DNA of 64,000 nt, from the NCBI GenBank assembly GCA_964016885.1, contig OZ024748.1, forward strand, positions 56,978,001-57,042,000, in the 5' to 3' direction. How positions within the stretch are numbered: the first letter of the stretch is position 1; every line of letters begins with the position of its first letter. This DNA comes from Eledone cirrhosa (lineage: Eukaryota). Below, one piece after another: positions 13,791 through 28,588 of the stretch. Made by a program: the position numbers and the translations under genes. The notes under the pieces are model-generated. The model searched no databases, was not told the origin of the DNA, and saw nothing but the letters and a program-made list of their open reading frames with translations.

Positions 13791-14198
13791 CCAATGAAAT
13801 TATTAAGGATGTCATTGAAGACAACAGCAACAACAACTACAAAAAGGACATCAACGATAACAGTAAAAATATTAAAGATAACAAGGAAGACAAGAGCAAC
13901 AAAAACAACTACAACAAAAACAACAATAATAGGAACAACAACAATTACATCAACAACTACAGCAACAGCAACAAAAAAGGCCAACAAACATTGCAAAAGA
14001 ACACTAAATCAATATCTTGACCGAAATATGTGAGATCGCATTTGCAAGGGTCACGAGGTAGCTCTGGGCTTTCAGCAGCAATTGTCTGAAGTTAATTATC
14101 GCAAACCTGTCCTCTATCATAGAAGAGAACACACGTGACTACCTATAAACATGGCGGCTGGCATTCTATGAGACTCACACATATGTATGTGTATGTAC

Positions 14199-14279
<81 letters not shown>

Positions 14280-14540
14280 TACATATAAACATATATGCAT
14301 ATTTATGTATATGTATGTGTATATATATATATATAAATACATATAAATATATATAAATATATATATATATATAAACATCAACGCACATACACACACACAC
14401 ATACACACACATATATCTATATATATATATCCATATATATATGTATATATGTACGCATATATATATATATATATATATACGCACATATAGATATATATGT
14501 ACATATGTATATATATATGCGTACATATATATGCGCGTAC

Positions 14541-14647
<107 letters not shown>

Positions 14648-15065
14648 TACATATATATATATATATATGGATATATATATATATACATATGTGTGTGAAC
14701 GTGGGTGTATGTGTGGGTGTACGTGTCTGTGTGTGTATGCGCGTGGATGTTTATACATATATAATTAGACATATATGCATACATACATAGATGACATATC
14801 GTAATGCATTTTATCTATTTCGTTTTTTTCTTTCTGTGGCTGTTCATTTATATATTTACTTTTGTTGTTTATGTCTTTCTTCACATCACATACAATATCT
14901 AATTGTCCCTTAATATATGTCTATCGCTGGCTTTCCTATTTAAAATTCCCTCTCCAGCCTGCCTATGGACGTACATTTGTATACGTGAGTATATGTGTGT
15001 TTCGTGTTTGGATATATCTCCATATAGATATATACATACATATGTATAAATATATATAATATATA

Positions 15066-15156
<91 letters not shown>

Positions 15157-15157
15157 C

Positions 15158-15209
<52 letters not shown>

Positions 15210-15218
15210 ACTATTCTG

Positions 15219-15285
<67 letters not shown>

Positions 15286-15295
15286 TTATGTATAT

Positions 15296-15419
<124 letters not shown>

Positions 15420-15427
15420 ATATATAT

Positions 15428-15561
15428 AACGAAGGAAATGTGGTAAGGAACCAGGTGGACCATAACGCACCAAAGTACTCGATACTTGAGGTAGTAGAGT
15501 GGGTAATAGGAACCAGTAAGACCCCGACAGCTGAGCTCAAGCCGTTTCGACGGCTAATTCT
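15428..15561 (-). mobile_element. Family D element, copy 2
   Basis: Reverse complement of 7804-7932; embedded in (TA)n. Confidence 0.85.
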
Positions 15562-15565
15562 CTAT

Positions 15566-15625
<60 letters not shown>

Positions 15626-15823
15626 TTATACCTATATATATATATATATATATCCATATATGTATATACATGCATATATACATGTGTATATATGGATATA
15701 AGTCTATGTATGTGTAAAGTCATTTATAGATATGTTTATAACCATGTAGTATGCATATGTATGCACATTGTAATATGTTTATAGGTTTTTGCGTGCACCT
15801 ACACGCAAATGTTCAAACAAAGG

Positions 15824-15884
<61 letters not shown>

Positions 15885-15912
15885 TTGGTATGCATAAATA
15901 TATGAACACAGT

Positions 15913-15954
<42 letters not shown>

Positions 15955-16449
15955 GTACATATGTATATATGTATATATGTATATATGTACATATATGTAT
16001 ATATGTATATATGTACATATATGTACATATATGTATATATGTACATACATATATATGTATATATGTATATATGTACATATGTATATATGTATATATACCA
16101 TATCTATATACACATACACATATGATATTTGCATAAAAATGATGCAGACATATTATCTTATATTACATATAACACGTAATTGTAGATATGGAAACTAATA
16201 CATACGCATGCGCACTGTAATTACATGCATAAATATATGTATTCATAAACGTACAACTAGACTATCACATATTTACTGTAATTACCTGAATACTTACAAA
16301 AGGACAATATAAACCAGAATCACATTTAATAATTAGTTACATATTTAAATATATACATATATTTATTTGTACATATATATATATATGTATATATTTATAC
16401 ATAATATATTTATACATATACATATATTTATATATATGCACATATATAC

Positions 16450-16569
<120 letters not shown>

Positions 16570-16612
16570 ATATATATAAATATACGTACATGTTTGCATA
16601 TATATATATACA

Positions 16613-16653
<41 letters not shown>

Positions 16654-16874
16654 GGAAATAAACATATATATATATGCGTGCCGGTGCGTATGTGAGTATG
16701 TATATGTGGAATATAATGCCACACGTTATATAATAGTTAACATCGTATATACATACACATCTTCGAGTGTATGATATGGGAAAATATATTCATTTAGTGT
16801 ATGTTTATATGCATAGATTGACATACCAAGCACGCGCATCATAACGTGATACTACAAATACTCATATATGGCTT

Positions 16875-16968
<94 letters not shown>

Positions 16969-17272
16969 TATATATATATATATCATATATATATGATACA
17001 CCCCCATATATATTATATATATATATATATAATATATATGGGGGTGTATGATATATATATGATATATAATATATATGGGGGTGTATGACGTGACGTGTTG
17101 GCTCAGTCATAAGTATTATGGATTGAATCTATTTTCCATATTATATCCTGATATCTTCTCTCTCAGTTCATATTTCGCATGGATCAAATTTCCTTTTCAC
17201 CGTTTCAAGGTCTAAAAATATAGTACCCCTCTATTATATGCATACATATATTTTTAATGGAAGGAGATAGGT

Positions 17273-17343
17273 GGTGTGTTGGTATAGTGGTAGTAAATTG
17301 GTCTGAATAACCAAATATGTTGGTTCGACTCCCATGTACGTCA
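17273..17343 (+). pseudogene. tRNA-like sequence with GAA (Phe) anticodon loop; pseudogene or SINE head
   Basis: TGGTATAGTGG A box, TTGGT-CTGAATA-ACCAA anticodon arm, GGTTCGACTCCC B box; D and T stems defective. Confidence 0.5.
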
Positions 17344-17413
17344 ATATTCATATTTTTCCATTTCTTAGAGGGTTCTAAACCCCACTATCAGATTTCTTCA
17401 GTAAAAAATACGG

Positions 17414-18312
17414 TGAGGTGTATCAGAAAAGTTCCAGGACTGATGTCACAAAAGATTTATTTCAAACCCAAATTTCACACTAAGATTTTTCCCCTTCAAA
17501 GTAATCCCCCTGGAGTCTAATGCACTTTTCCATCCTTTTCTGCAATGCTTGTATGCACTCCTGGAAGGATGCTTCCAGGATCATCCGCAGTTCCATCGTC
17601 ACGGTCTTTTTGATGTCGTCCACGTCTTCAAAACGGGTCCTCTCTGGGTCGTACTCGGAGATCCATGACTCATCACCGGTGATGACTGTCCCTAGCAAGT
17701 CTGTTTCGGTTTCAAGACGCTCGAGGATGTCCTGGCACACTTGCATGTGTCGACCCTTCTGGTCATCGTTCAGCAGTTTTGGCACGATCTTCGCGCAGAC
17801 ATTTCGCATGTCCAAATCTTCAGTGAGAATCTTCCAGACGCTGTCCCGATTCATGCCCAGCTCATTTGCCATCAATCGAACAGTCAGCCGACGATCGCTA
17901 CGCATCATCTGCCTGACGCGCTCAACGTTGACCTCAGTCATGGTTGTTGAGGGCCTTCTGCTCCTGGGATCATCTTCCACGCCCTCGCGTCCTTCTTTAA
18001 ACCTCTTGCACCACTCAAAAACACGTGAGCGTGGCATCGTCTCATCTCCATACATTTGCTGCGGCGGAGTTTTCCCCAACCGTACCAGAAACTTCAAGTT
18101 TGTTCGTTGCTATGTGCTCATTGCTTGACAACCTGAAACAGAGGACATGTATATAAAATTATGAAGAAAAAAGTTTGATAGCTGCAGAGAGCTAAGATTT
18201 TAGTTACATACTCCAGAGGGATTACTTTGAAGGAGAAAACTCTTTGTGTGAAGTTTGGGTTTGAAATAAATCTTTTGTGACATCAGTCCTGGAACTTTTC
18301 TGATACACCTCG
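17414..18312 (-). mobile_element. Mariner DNA transposon, internally deleted, ~103-bp TIRs
   Basis: TIRs 17414-17516 and 18210-18312; right end CACCTCG followed by TA; transposase ORF inside. Confidence 0.95.
17480..18097 (-). pseudogene. Mariner transposase remnant (205 aa) lacking most of the DD34D catalytic core
   Basis: Motifs FEWCKRFKEG, DDPRSRRP, KIVPKLL (WVPHEL-like), ITGDESW and C-terminal GDYFE; no HDNA or YSPDLAP motifs. Confidence 0.9.
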
Positions 18313-18577
18313 TATATATATACATATATATATATATGCGTGTGACAACCATTGTACAGACACGTGTGCACATAAACTTTTTCTCTGACAGATCAGCTTA
18401 ATACTGTGTGTACAAGTAAAGGTATGTGTAATACAGTAAATCGAATTGTCTTCAAAGCCAAAACGTGTTTGTAGAATTCGAATTTACGATCGTGTATCGA
18501 ACATCATAATCATTAAGCACCTTCCCATTGCATATATACTGATGGAACATGCAACTATTGATATACTCTTGTTTATA

Positions 18578-18624
18578 GGCTCTGATGAATCCTGCCATGG
18601 TGTATGGATGAAACACTGTTAGCT
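18578..18624 (+). ncRNA. Type I hammerhead ribozyme candidate
   Basis: ggct-CTGATGA-ATCC-tgccatggtgtat-GGAT-GAAAC-act-GTT-agct, directly followed by AATAAA. Confidence 0.65.
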
Positions 18625-18885
18625 AATAAAACAATGTATTTCTAAGCCCTCTTTGGTTAATCCTATAACTATATTATTCAAATATACATTTCTTTGAATA
18701 TACAAAGTAAAATGGAAACCGGGTGCATCGTTTATATAACACCAACAGGCAAATGAATGAGAGACGTGTACGAACATAAATGCATACAAACATAAAAACA
18801 TATATATAGAGACCTGCTTGCATACACCTATGCTCATATACTTACATATATGAACACACACAAACACGTATATATATATATATAT

Positions 18886-19161
18886 AAAGTAAGTCTAAAG
18901 TATGTCTTAAGCCAGAAGACTCATTTGGCCGGTGCTTATCCCGGTTTTATGGCGTGAATCGACTGAGAGTAAAAGACCCCCCCCCCTCCTGGACAGGACG
19001 CTAATCCATCGCAGGGTTAAACATTCAGCTATTGCTGAGTATACTGGAGCAACATGAAATGAAGTGTTTTGCTCAAGAACACAACACGCAACCCAGGAAT
19101 CGAAGCCATTACAGAATGATCATACGTCCAACACCCTTATGACTAGGCCTCGTGCCTCCAC
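18886..19161 (-). mobile_element. tRNA-derived CORE/V-type SINE family S2, apparently full length
   Basis: Minus strand: GGCCTAGT A box, TTCGATTCC B box, GTGTTCTTGAGCAAAACACTT CORE-like segment, CCTGCGATGGATTAGCGTCCTGTCCAGG V-like segment, ACTTT tail; in (TA)n. Confidence 0.8.
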
Positions 19162-19201
19162 TATATATATATATATATGTGTGTGTGTGTGAGTGTGTGT
19201 C

Positions 19202-19242
<41 letters not shown>

Positions 19243-19537
19243 CTGTGTCTGTGTGTGTATGCACATATACTTAATTACATACATTCCTAAATATAGACAT
19301 ACATATATCAAAATTTAAGCTTCACGTAGACCAACACACCGATGCATATACGCCTACATACAATTATAATTACTCATATTCAATTATATATAACTATACA
19401 ATTATATATAACTATACAATTGAAATTGAGATTGACGTGAATATATTATACTCACATTCATACATATATATATAATTATAAACATACTATTATATGTAAC
19501 ACACATATAGACACATACCAAACCACGCGTATGGTTT

Positions 19538-19638
<101 letters not shown>

Positions 19639-19759
19639 GTATGATATATAGCTAGATAGACAGATATATATATATATATATATATATCTGTCTATGAATC
19701 TATCTGTCTATCTATGTATACATATCTATGTATACATATCTATGTATACATATCTATGT

Positions 19760-19813
<54 letters not shown>

Positions 19814-20521
19814 TAAACTAAACATACACTCAGTTTGACAAGTAATATCCCAATGCGGCGAACAACATGTTCTTACAGATACAGACGTATATATATATAT
19901 ATTTCTCTTCTCCGTATGTTACAATTACCTCCCTTTACCATTACTTCTTTTTTCCCCATCTTCTTACCCTTTTTCGCTCTCTTCGAAATTTTCCTATTCT
20001 CTTTGTGTCACTTGCTCTATCTATCCATTTCTCTTAGTTTTTCATTTTCTTTACTTTTTCTACTTAACATGCCCCTCATTTCTTTTACGCTGGCTTAAAT
20101 ACATTCCGCACATTCATTTCATTTTCTTGTAAACGCTTTGACCTGGTTCGAGTCGATATATAAGTTATTTAGCAGAACAACTAGCGACCTACACCTCCTC
20201 CCTTCACACATAGATGTGTACGCCCCAGCTAGCTCACACATAGTATATAAATGTATATATGTATGTGTCTTTGTATGTGTGTATATATGTGTGTTTGTGA
20301 GTGTGTGTGTCCTTGTTTTTGTGCATGTAGGTGTATGTTGGTGTGTATGTTGGTGTGTATATATCTATATACGTGTATGTGTATATATCGCTGTATGTGT
20401 ATGTGTATATATCTATATATGTGTATGTGTATATATCTATATATGTGTATGTGTATATATCTCTATATATGTGTATGTGTATATATCTATATATGTGTAT
20501 GTGTATTTATCTATATATGTG

Positions 20522-20576
<55 letters not shown>

Positions 20577-21251
20577 CTATATCTGTATATACCTATATAT
20601 GTATATAATATCCCGGTGGCCATCGTGTACGAAGCCTAGGCGAGTGAGCCAAGCCAAGCCAAGTCAGAGAAAATACCCAATCACAAACCTGCCCCAACCA
20701 TCACCTGTATTATCAACCCATTCCAGCAACACCACTATGTCTATGTGAGTGTGTGTATGTGAGTGTGTGTGTGTCTATGGGTGTGTCTATGTGTATGTGA
20801 GTGTGTATGTGTATGTGTGTGTTTATGTGCATGTGAGTGTGTGTGTATGTGAGTGTGTGTGTGTGTGTGTCTATGTGAGTGTGTGTATGTGAGTGTGTGT
20901 ATGTGAGTGTGTGTGTGTCTATGGGTGTGTCTATGTGTATGTGAGTGTGTATGTTAGTGTGTGTGTGTGTGTATGTGTGTGTTTATGTGCATGTGAGTGT
21001 GTGTATGTGTGTCTATGTGTGTTTCTATGTGTATGTGAGTGTGTGTGTCTAAGTGTGTGTCTATGTGTATGTGAGTGTGTGTGTATGTGAGTGTGTGTGT
21101 GTGTGTGTGTATGTGTGTCAATTGGACGAAGAGAGAGGAAGAGTGAGAGAGAGGGAGAGAGTTAGAGAGAAGAAAGGAGAGAGAGAGGTGGAGGAGAGAG
21201 GAAAAGAGAGAGACAGTTACAGAGAGAGTGAGAGAAAGGAGAGAGAGAGAA

Positions 21252-21293
<42 letters not shown>

Positions 21294-21358
21294 GAGAGAG
21301 AAATTAGAGAGAGAAGGGAGAGAGAGATAGTGTTTGAGATAGAAAGATAGAGAGAAGG

Positions 21359-21389
<31 letters not shown>

Positions 21390-21699
21390 TGAGAGAAGGG
21401 AGAGAGAGAGAGAGAGAGGACATGTGCCGAAGAACATGAAGAAGACGTTAAGATGTACAGGATTAGAAACATATTTAATAGCAATTCCGGGCTAAAAGGT
21501 TACTTGTCATTCGCTCTGCTGGTGAACCAAATGCAGAGTGTCAACATTGTCAAAGCAATCAAAATTATCTTTCTTTCCCTCTTTTTTGTATTTTGTGTCT
21601 TCCAGATTCTCTCCCTTTCCTTTCTTCCTTCTTTCGCAACACCCCCTCTCACTTTCCTATTTTCCCTCTCTCTTTCCCATTTCCCCTCTCTCTTTCTCT

Positions 21700-22360
21700 T
21701 TTCCCCATCTCTCTATCCCTTTTTTCCCTCTCTTTCGCCTCTTACTTTCACTTTTCCCTCTCCCTATATGTCCCTCTTCCATTCTCTACACCCCCTGTAT
21801 CTTTCCTTTTTTCCTCTCTTTCCCCTCTCTCTTTCCCTTCTCTTTATCTCTCCCTATATGTCCATCTTCCATTCTCTACACCCCTCTATCTTTCCTTGTT
21901 TTTCCCTCTCTCTTTCCCTTCTCTTTATCTCAGCCTACATCTCTCTCTCCTTTCTCTACACCCCCTCTATCTTTCCTTTTTTCCTCTATCTTTCCCCTCT
22001 CTCTTTCCCTCTCTTTATCTCTCCCTACATCTCCCTATCCCTTCTCTACACCATCTCTCTTTCCTTGTTTGTCCCTCTCTCTTTCCCTCTCTTTATCTCT
22101 CCCTACATCTCTCTATCCCTTCTCTACACTCCTCTCTCTTTTCCTGTTTGTCCCTCTCTCTTTTTCTCTCTTTATCTCTCCCTACATCTCCCTATCCCTT
22201 CTCTACACCCCTCTCTCTTTTCCTGTTTGTCCCTCTCTCTTTTTCTCTCTTTATCTCTCCCTACATCTCCCTATCCCTTCTCTACACCCCTCTCTCTTTT
22301 CCTGTTTGTCCCTCTCTCTTTCTCTCTCTTTATCTCTCCCTACATCTCCCTATCTCTTCT
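21700..22360. repeat. Polypyrimidine minisatellite, ~79-bp unit in the 3' part
   Basis: TCCTGTTTG recurs at 22142, 22221 and 22300; more diverged units upstream. Confidence 0.85.
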
Positions 22361-22502
22361 CATCAACTCTCCTATTCTTCTTCATACGAATTTCTTTCAG
22401 ATTCCTCGCTCGTACTTCTTTCCACATTAACTATTATTTCTTTCTTTCCCCTTGGATATTATCTCTCTCACCGTCTCACACACTTTATCTTCTCGCTCTC
22501 TG

Positions 22503-22567
<65 letters not shown>

Positions 22568-22589
22568 ATATGATTTCGTTTTCATTTCA

Positions 22590-22621
<32 letters not shown>

Positions 22622-22862
22622 CATATATGTATATATATATAGAGAGAGAGCGAGTGAGAGGAGAGAGAGACATACAGACAGAGAGAGAAAGAACGTGCGC
22701 AAGAAAGAGAGAGAAAGAGAGAGCGAGAGCGGGGATGATACAGTGAGATACGTATAATTTTCTATATAATTAATTTTACATCCGTACACAATGGCATGCG
22801 TGTAGATACGTGTACCTATATTTAGATAGGTATATGTATGTTGTTATGTGCATTTAGATTTA

Positions 22863-22960
<98 letters not shown>

Positions 22961-23885
22961 ATGTGTGTGTATGCGTATGTATATATGTATGTATGTAAAT
23001 ATATATATTTACACACAGACATATATACAATCATATAGGCATACATATATTTGAACGCCCGCCAGTTACCATCATTGTAACATATCATAAAATAGAGAAT
23101 TCCATCTATATCAGTAAATATACGGCGATATGTTGCCAATGTGACTTTACGGCACAAGTACAAAACGTCAAATGTTTCTAATACTTGAAAACATTACAAA
23201 ATTCGTTCAAAAATCTTAGACAAAAGTAGCTTCGATCTATATAATGAATATTGATGACCAATTGAATATATGACGATCCAAAGTGTTACCAGATCCAGCA
23301 TACACATTTCCGGCTTCTATATATTAAGCCATAGTCAAACACCGAATATCATTTAGTTACCACAGAATATGACATAACTTCTTCTATTCTATATATAAAT
23401 TCGCGCGATTTCCGTCCGTCATAAAATGTGTGTGTATGTGTGTTTTTGTGAATGTATGTGTGCGAAAGGAAAGAACGGGATAGTGAAAAAAACTATAGCA
23501 AAACAGCGGTTTTTCTACGTGGTGTGAGAATTTATGTGTATGTGTGTGTTTGTGTAAATGTATGTATATGTGTATTTGTGTGAATATATGTGTGTCTTTG
23601 TGGGAATATATGTGTATTTGTGTTAATGTATATCTGGGAGTGTGTATTATTGTGTGTCTGTGTTTATTCGTTTATATTTATATACTCAAACACCCGTCAG
23701 TATGTTGAAAAATATTCTAGTGTTTACAAAACAAATTCTTCCGGCGACACCTAACAGACACAAAAAATAGCAATTACATATAAATATATTTATCGACATT
23801 CGATGGATTTTCGTCAAATCGGACCGAGGAAACAATGTTTCCATTGGCCTTTCCAGTTGCTAATACTATCTATCCAACTCCAGGT

Positions 23886-24011
23886 AGAAGGAGCAACGTG
23901 AAATAAAGTGTCTTGCTCAAGGACATAACGCATTGCCCGGTCCGTGAATCGAACTCACAACCTCACGGTTGCGAATCCAATTATTTAACCACTCAACCAC
24001 GAGCCTTCACT
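23886..24011 (-). mobile_element. SINE S2 5' portion
   Basis: ggagcaacgtgaaataaagtgtcttgctcaaggaca...gaatcgaac matches the 19046-19161 region. Confidence 0.75.
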
Positions 24012-24586
24012 ATATTTCATTAAAACGTTCTATCTGCTGAGATAAGAGCGGAAGATACGAGCTGCAATATTTAGTAAACTTCTAATTTAGCCACAAAGAC
24101 GTGTAACAACAAACTGTTGACGGGAAGAAATGTCATACTATACTACATACAATTAAACTCAGAATGTTGGAATCTGAATAATGTTTCTGAAATAGTACAT
24201 AATATTAAAAGTGCTGTATCTAACCTCCACAAACTAAATTTACTAGCAGCAACTTAGCTGTGAAACAATGAGTTTGGCACACCAAATGCATTGATCTATT
24301 TTAATTAGTGCTTAGCAATTAAAATGAAAAAAATATCAATCATCTTAAATTGCATATTTATGTTATTTTAAAGAATTTATTCTTTATATTATTCTATGTC
24401 AAACCTTAACCAATTATCATTGATCATTCGTCATCATTATAATCATCATCAGCAGCAACATTATCGTAAATATTACAAGTATTTCAATAACAGCTGTCAT
24501 ACACACCTACATATGGAGTAGGAGAAGGGCAGGGAGACTCGCCGTTGTAAGAAAGGAAGCTGACCAAAAATGGGACAGCACTTCCG

Positions 24587-24913
24587 ATGGTGAAGCTGGT
24601 GGAGCTTACTATCTCCTGGGAAGCGAACATCAATGGTACATTCGATAGGAAATTCCGAAGGGATAATGAGCTGATTGACATATGTGGAGCCAGCGGATGG
24701 GTGGAATTATGTCTCACTGTTGAGATAGATGTCAGAGGTTTTGTCGGAACTGGGGTTGAATCGTTACTCAGGGTCCTTGGGCAGGCGATAAAAGAAAGAA
24801 AATATATTTCGATGAAACTGTCGGAAGCATCTGAGAATTCGTGCCAATACATCAGACTCAACAGAGAAGACGGATGTGGTGACCGACACACTGAAGTGGA
24901 TAGAGTCTTTTAG
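24587..24913 (+). mobile_element. HERO/NeSL-like non-LTR retrotransposon 3' remnant (REL domain)
   Basis: LVELTISWE..DRK..GW..VEIDVRGF..AENS-like end matches the ELTVPWE..RK..GW..EVGCRGF pattern I recall for HERO elements. Confidence 0.75.
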
Positions 24914-26916
24914 CTTGGAATAACATCAAAATCATCGAATTTCGTGCTATTCTGACACACTGAGGTCGACGATGTCACAACATCAGACGCATCTTATACA
25001 GTGCTACTCTGCAGGTATTTCGTCGCCTACATTATCTATACGCTCCATAAAAGTTTTAAGATCTGCACCCATGTAATAACACCTTCTTTGTATTAGTAAC
25101 AGCGTCATTTCTATGAGTACTTTTCATTAATTTCAAAGTTGAAATTTTATCGGCACCAACTTTGCCTTTTTTTATTTCCAAGATCTATAAAATAATTACT
25201 GGCCAAGTATTAGATACGATATCCCCTATTGAACCATTCCAAGAATCACGAGGTCGTGTAACTATTCTAAAAAGTACTGTTATTACTTACAAATGGTGAA
25301 TCACCAAAGGGATGTTATGAAAACATGTATAAAAGTACATTTAGAATTCGGGGCGGTTAATTCGCAGAATCTATAAAATGCCTTGCTTTAATTTTGATCA
25401 CTCGTTTCTATGTTTTGAATCCAAATCCAACGGAAATTAAATTTGCCTTTGTTGTAATAAATACAAGACCTTTTTAGTACTGGGTTGGGTTTAAATATTT
25501 AAAACATCTTCCATAATTTATATGTAACCTTGTGTCAATCTTATTATTGAGAGCGGTGTATGACAAGAGAGGTGAAAGGAAAATCGTCTTTAAATGTTGT
25601 TTGCAAATGCCGCCATATATATTTTTCTTTTTATTCCACTTATATAACAAAAAAAAAAAAAATAAAATAAAATAAAATTTAAGTACCGGGGTCAATTTGA
25701 ACGACATGGATCCTCCTCCAAAAATTTGTGGTTTTCTGTCAATGATAAAAATCCTTATATTGTTTCCATGTTTTTTCTCCCTCTTATTCTTGATCTTGAT
25801 ATTGTTTTGTCAATTTGTTACTCTATGGTATTTTATCCCGCCTTTCCTTTCTTCCATGTATATGCTTCCCTCTTTCTCCTCTACCCCTAACAACACTTCA
25901 CCCTATTTTACACCCATAACACGCGTCTCAACCAAAAGTGGTTTTGCTTAAAATTAAATTTAAAACGATTATTGACGGATTTAAGTAAACCACACAGCGA
26001 AGAAGAAAATTATAAATAAATAATAAATAAATTAAATTAAATTAAAATGAAAACCAAACAAACAAAATATGAAGTAATAAACAAATAAACGAATAAATAC
26101 AAAATTTGAAGTTAAAATAAAATTTTAAAAAGAGAGTCATGGAAGATAGAAAAATAGGAAGCAAAGAGGAGTGGGAGAGAGAGAAAGGGGAAAGAGGACG
26201 GAAAGAGAAGGAGAAAGCAGTTCATGATACGTTACGTTGAAAAGTGAAATAAATTTATTTGAATTATTTAAGATGCATTTGAATGACATATTGAAAACTG
26301 GCAAAACTTATAAATAAATAGATAGATAAATAAACAAACAAATAAATAAATAAATAGGATGAAATTATCCAAATAGAAGTGTTAATATAGAACTGTCTAT
26401 AGAGACAGAAAATGTGCGTGCGTGTTATTGTGTAGATGTGCTTGTGTGTATGTGAAAGAGAATTATATAGAAAAGGAAGGGAAAAATTGTAACAAATTAA
26501 AAATATAAAATAAGGTAGGAGGGAAAATGATAAAGTAAAAAAGGGTAGATATAGAAAGGGATTGGAATAGAGTGAGTTTGGTGGGTGTGACAGAAGAAAA
26601 ACGGAGTCAATAAAATATAATATATGTGTGTGAGTTTGTGCGTATGTGTGCATATGTGTGTGGCGGAGGGTGGGAGGGATTGTGGATTTGTGAAAGATTG
26701 AGACATATAATGAATATCATAGTGAGAGAGAGAGCTGGAATACTAAAACGAAAACTACAGGAAACATCCTATGACTTGGCTCTCAGAATATATTTATTTT
26801 ACGAAGTTCGTTACGAATCATATCTCTACTCTGAGTTTCTTGCACTTGACATGATGCCTCAAGTGGCAAAGTAACAATAGAATTTTAATCATCAACTTTG
26901 CACAAAAAAGCCACGC

Positions 26917-26966
<50 letters not shown>

Positions 26967-26981
26967 TATATATATATATGC

Positions 26982-27012
<31 letters not shown>

Positions 27013-27028
27013 TATACATATATATATA

Positions 27029-27080
<52 letters not shown>

Positions 27081-27114
27081 CATATATATATGCATATGTA
27101 TTTATATATACGTG

Positions 27115-27230
<116 letters not shown>

Positions 27231-28130
27231 CCAAAAAGGCTCACGATAAAATGATAACAAGTACGTATGAGTAAAGAACAATACGTCTCTTTTCCTCACA
27301 AACCAATCCGTTGGCAATGCAATTTCGTACATGAAGATAAAAGTAAACAACAAAAGAAACAACACAGTTGTATAAAGAACTGTAGTCTTTAAGTTTAGAA
27401 CTCAAGTCCATCAAAAGAAGATAGAATGAGAAATAAAAGATGAGATAGAAATATAGAGAGTGGCTAAAGGGGGGAAAGGGGAAAAATTGAGAAAAATCAC
27501 GTATTTTGTCAGCCATTTTGTACATTACTAGATTAATTGATACTGTATTTTCTTACATTCTCGAAAGACTCGTATTCTCTATATTTGCTAGTAGTGAGAG
27601 TCTGATAACCTACGAATACAGCTGTAGGTTCAGTCATCCAGTATTTATCGAAACCAGGATGTTACGTAATCTAGGATCGGTAGGTGCAGAAATGGGCTTC
27701 AGAGCCCTTTTGACCCACTCTCTTACCCCAATTTCTTCCTCTCACTTTCACCCCCTCGCCTGACCCTTTAGTAGTTCTTTTCTCACTTACAAATGCGGCG
27801 ATCAGACGTGAGTCTTTTTTTTCTCTCGACCACTCAGTCTTTAACTTAAGTTCTCTTATCGTGTGGTCTTGGATTTTCTTACCTTAAGTTGCGCGCACAT
27901 TGCTCGGTTTGTTGGGTTTTTTCGCTGATTTTTCACTGTTTTCTCTTTTCTTCCCTTTTGCTTTCCTTCCCTCCCTCCTCCGTTTTCCCAATAACTTATC
28001 CAGTTATTGACGCCCTGGGGATAGATATATTGTCTTTAAAGCGTAGAAATATCCGAGACTCTCAGTAGACAACTGATGAGGAACCCCCCCCCCCGTTCTT
28101 GCTTTCTCCTTATTCCCACTCCATTATAAG

Positions 28131-28175
<45 letters not shown>

Positions 28176-28197
28176 ATAATAAACCACACAATATAGT

Positions 28198-28271
28198 TAT
28201 TTCATTACCAAAGGTTTCATGAAATTAGGCGATTCTAACAGAAACGCCCACTTCGCTCATCAGATAAAATA
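28198..28271 (-). ncRNA. Type I hammerhead ribozyme with long stem II (element C, left arm)
   Basis: tattttat-CTGATGA-[38-nt hairpin]-GAAA-cctttgg-TA-atgaaata. Confidence 0.78.
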
Positions 28272-28348
28272 TTTATGTTATGGATTGAAATTAAAATCAA
28301 TTTTATCTATAAATATTTTAATTTCAAATCTTATATCCATAACATAAA

Positions 28349-28422
28349 TATTTCATCTGATGAGCGAACTGGACGTTTCTGTTAGAATCGTCTAACTTCA
28401 TGAAACCTTAGGTAATGGAATA
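28349..28422 (+). ncRNA. Type I hammerhead ribozyme with long stem II (element C, right arm); predicted GUA cleavage after 28414
   Basis: tatttcat-CTGATGA-[38-nt hairpin]-GAAA-ccttagg-TA-atggaata; 8-bp stem I. Confidence 0.8.
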
Positions 28423-28536
28423 ATTATATTGTGTTGTTTATTATATAATCGAATAGCTCTGTACTAGACATAGAGCACTCTTCTCTCCTTTCCTTTTTCT
28501 ACGGAAATACATAACACACACACACACACACACACG

Positions 28537-28585
<49 letters not shown>

Positions 28586-28588
<3 letters not shown>

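Larger units (their letters stand above)
28174..28515. mobile_element. Palindromic element C (~125-bp arms plus tail), probable Penelope-like pLTR derivative
   Basis: 28174-28297 pairs with 28316-28447; HHR in each arm; lies between (TA)n and (CA)n. Confidence 0.82.

Noticed and set aside
21453-22746. 325-402-aa ORFs in three frames
   Set aside because: A polypyrimidine repeat lacks stop codons by composition.
23388-23430. TCTATATATAAA Helitron-like 5' end
   Set aside because: No matching 3' hairpin plus CTAG identified; the motif is common in TA-rich DNA.
25130-25750. Highly decayed S1-like SINE pieces (also 17090-17230 and 53860-53915)
   Set aside because: Only short motif matches; boundaries not supportable.
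28073-28095. CTGATGAGGAACCCC hammerhead start
   Set aside because: No downstream GAAA or stem III.
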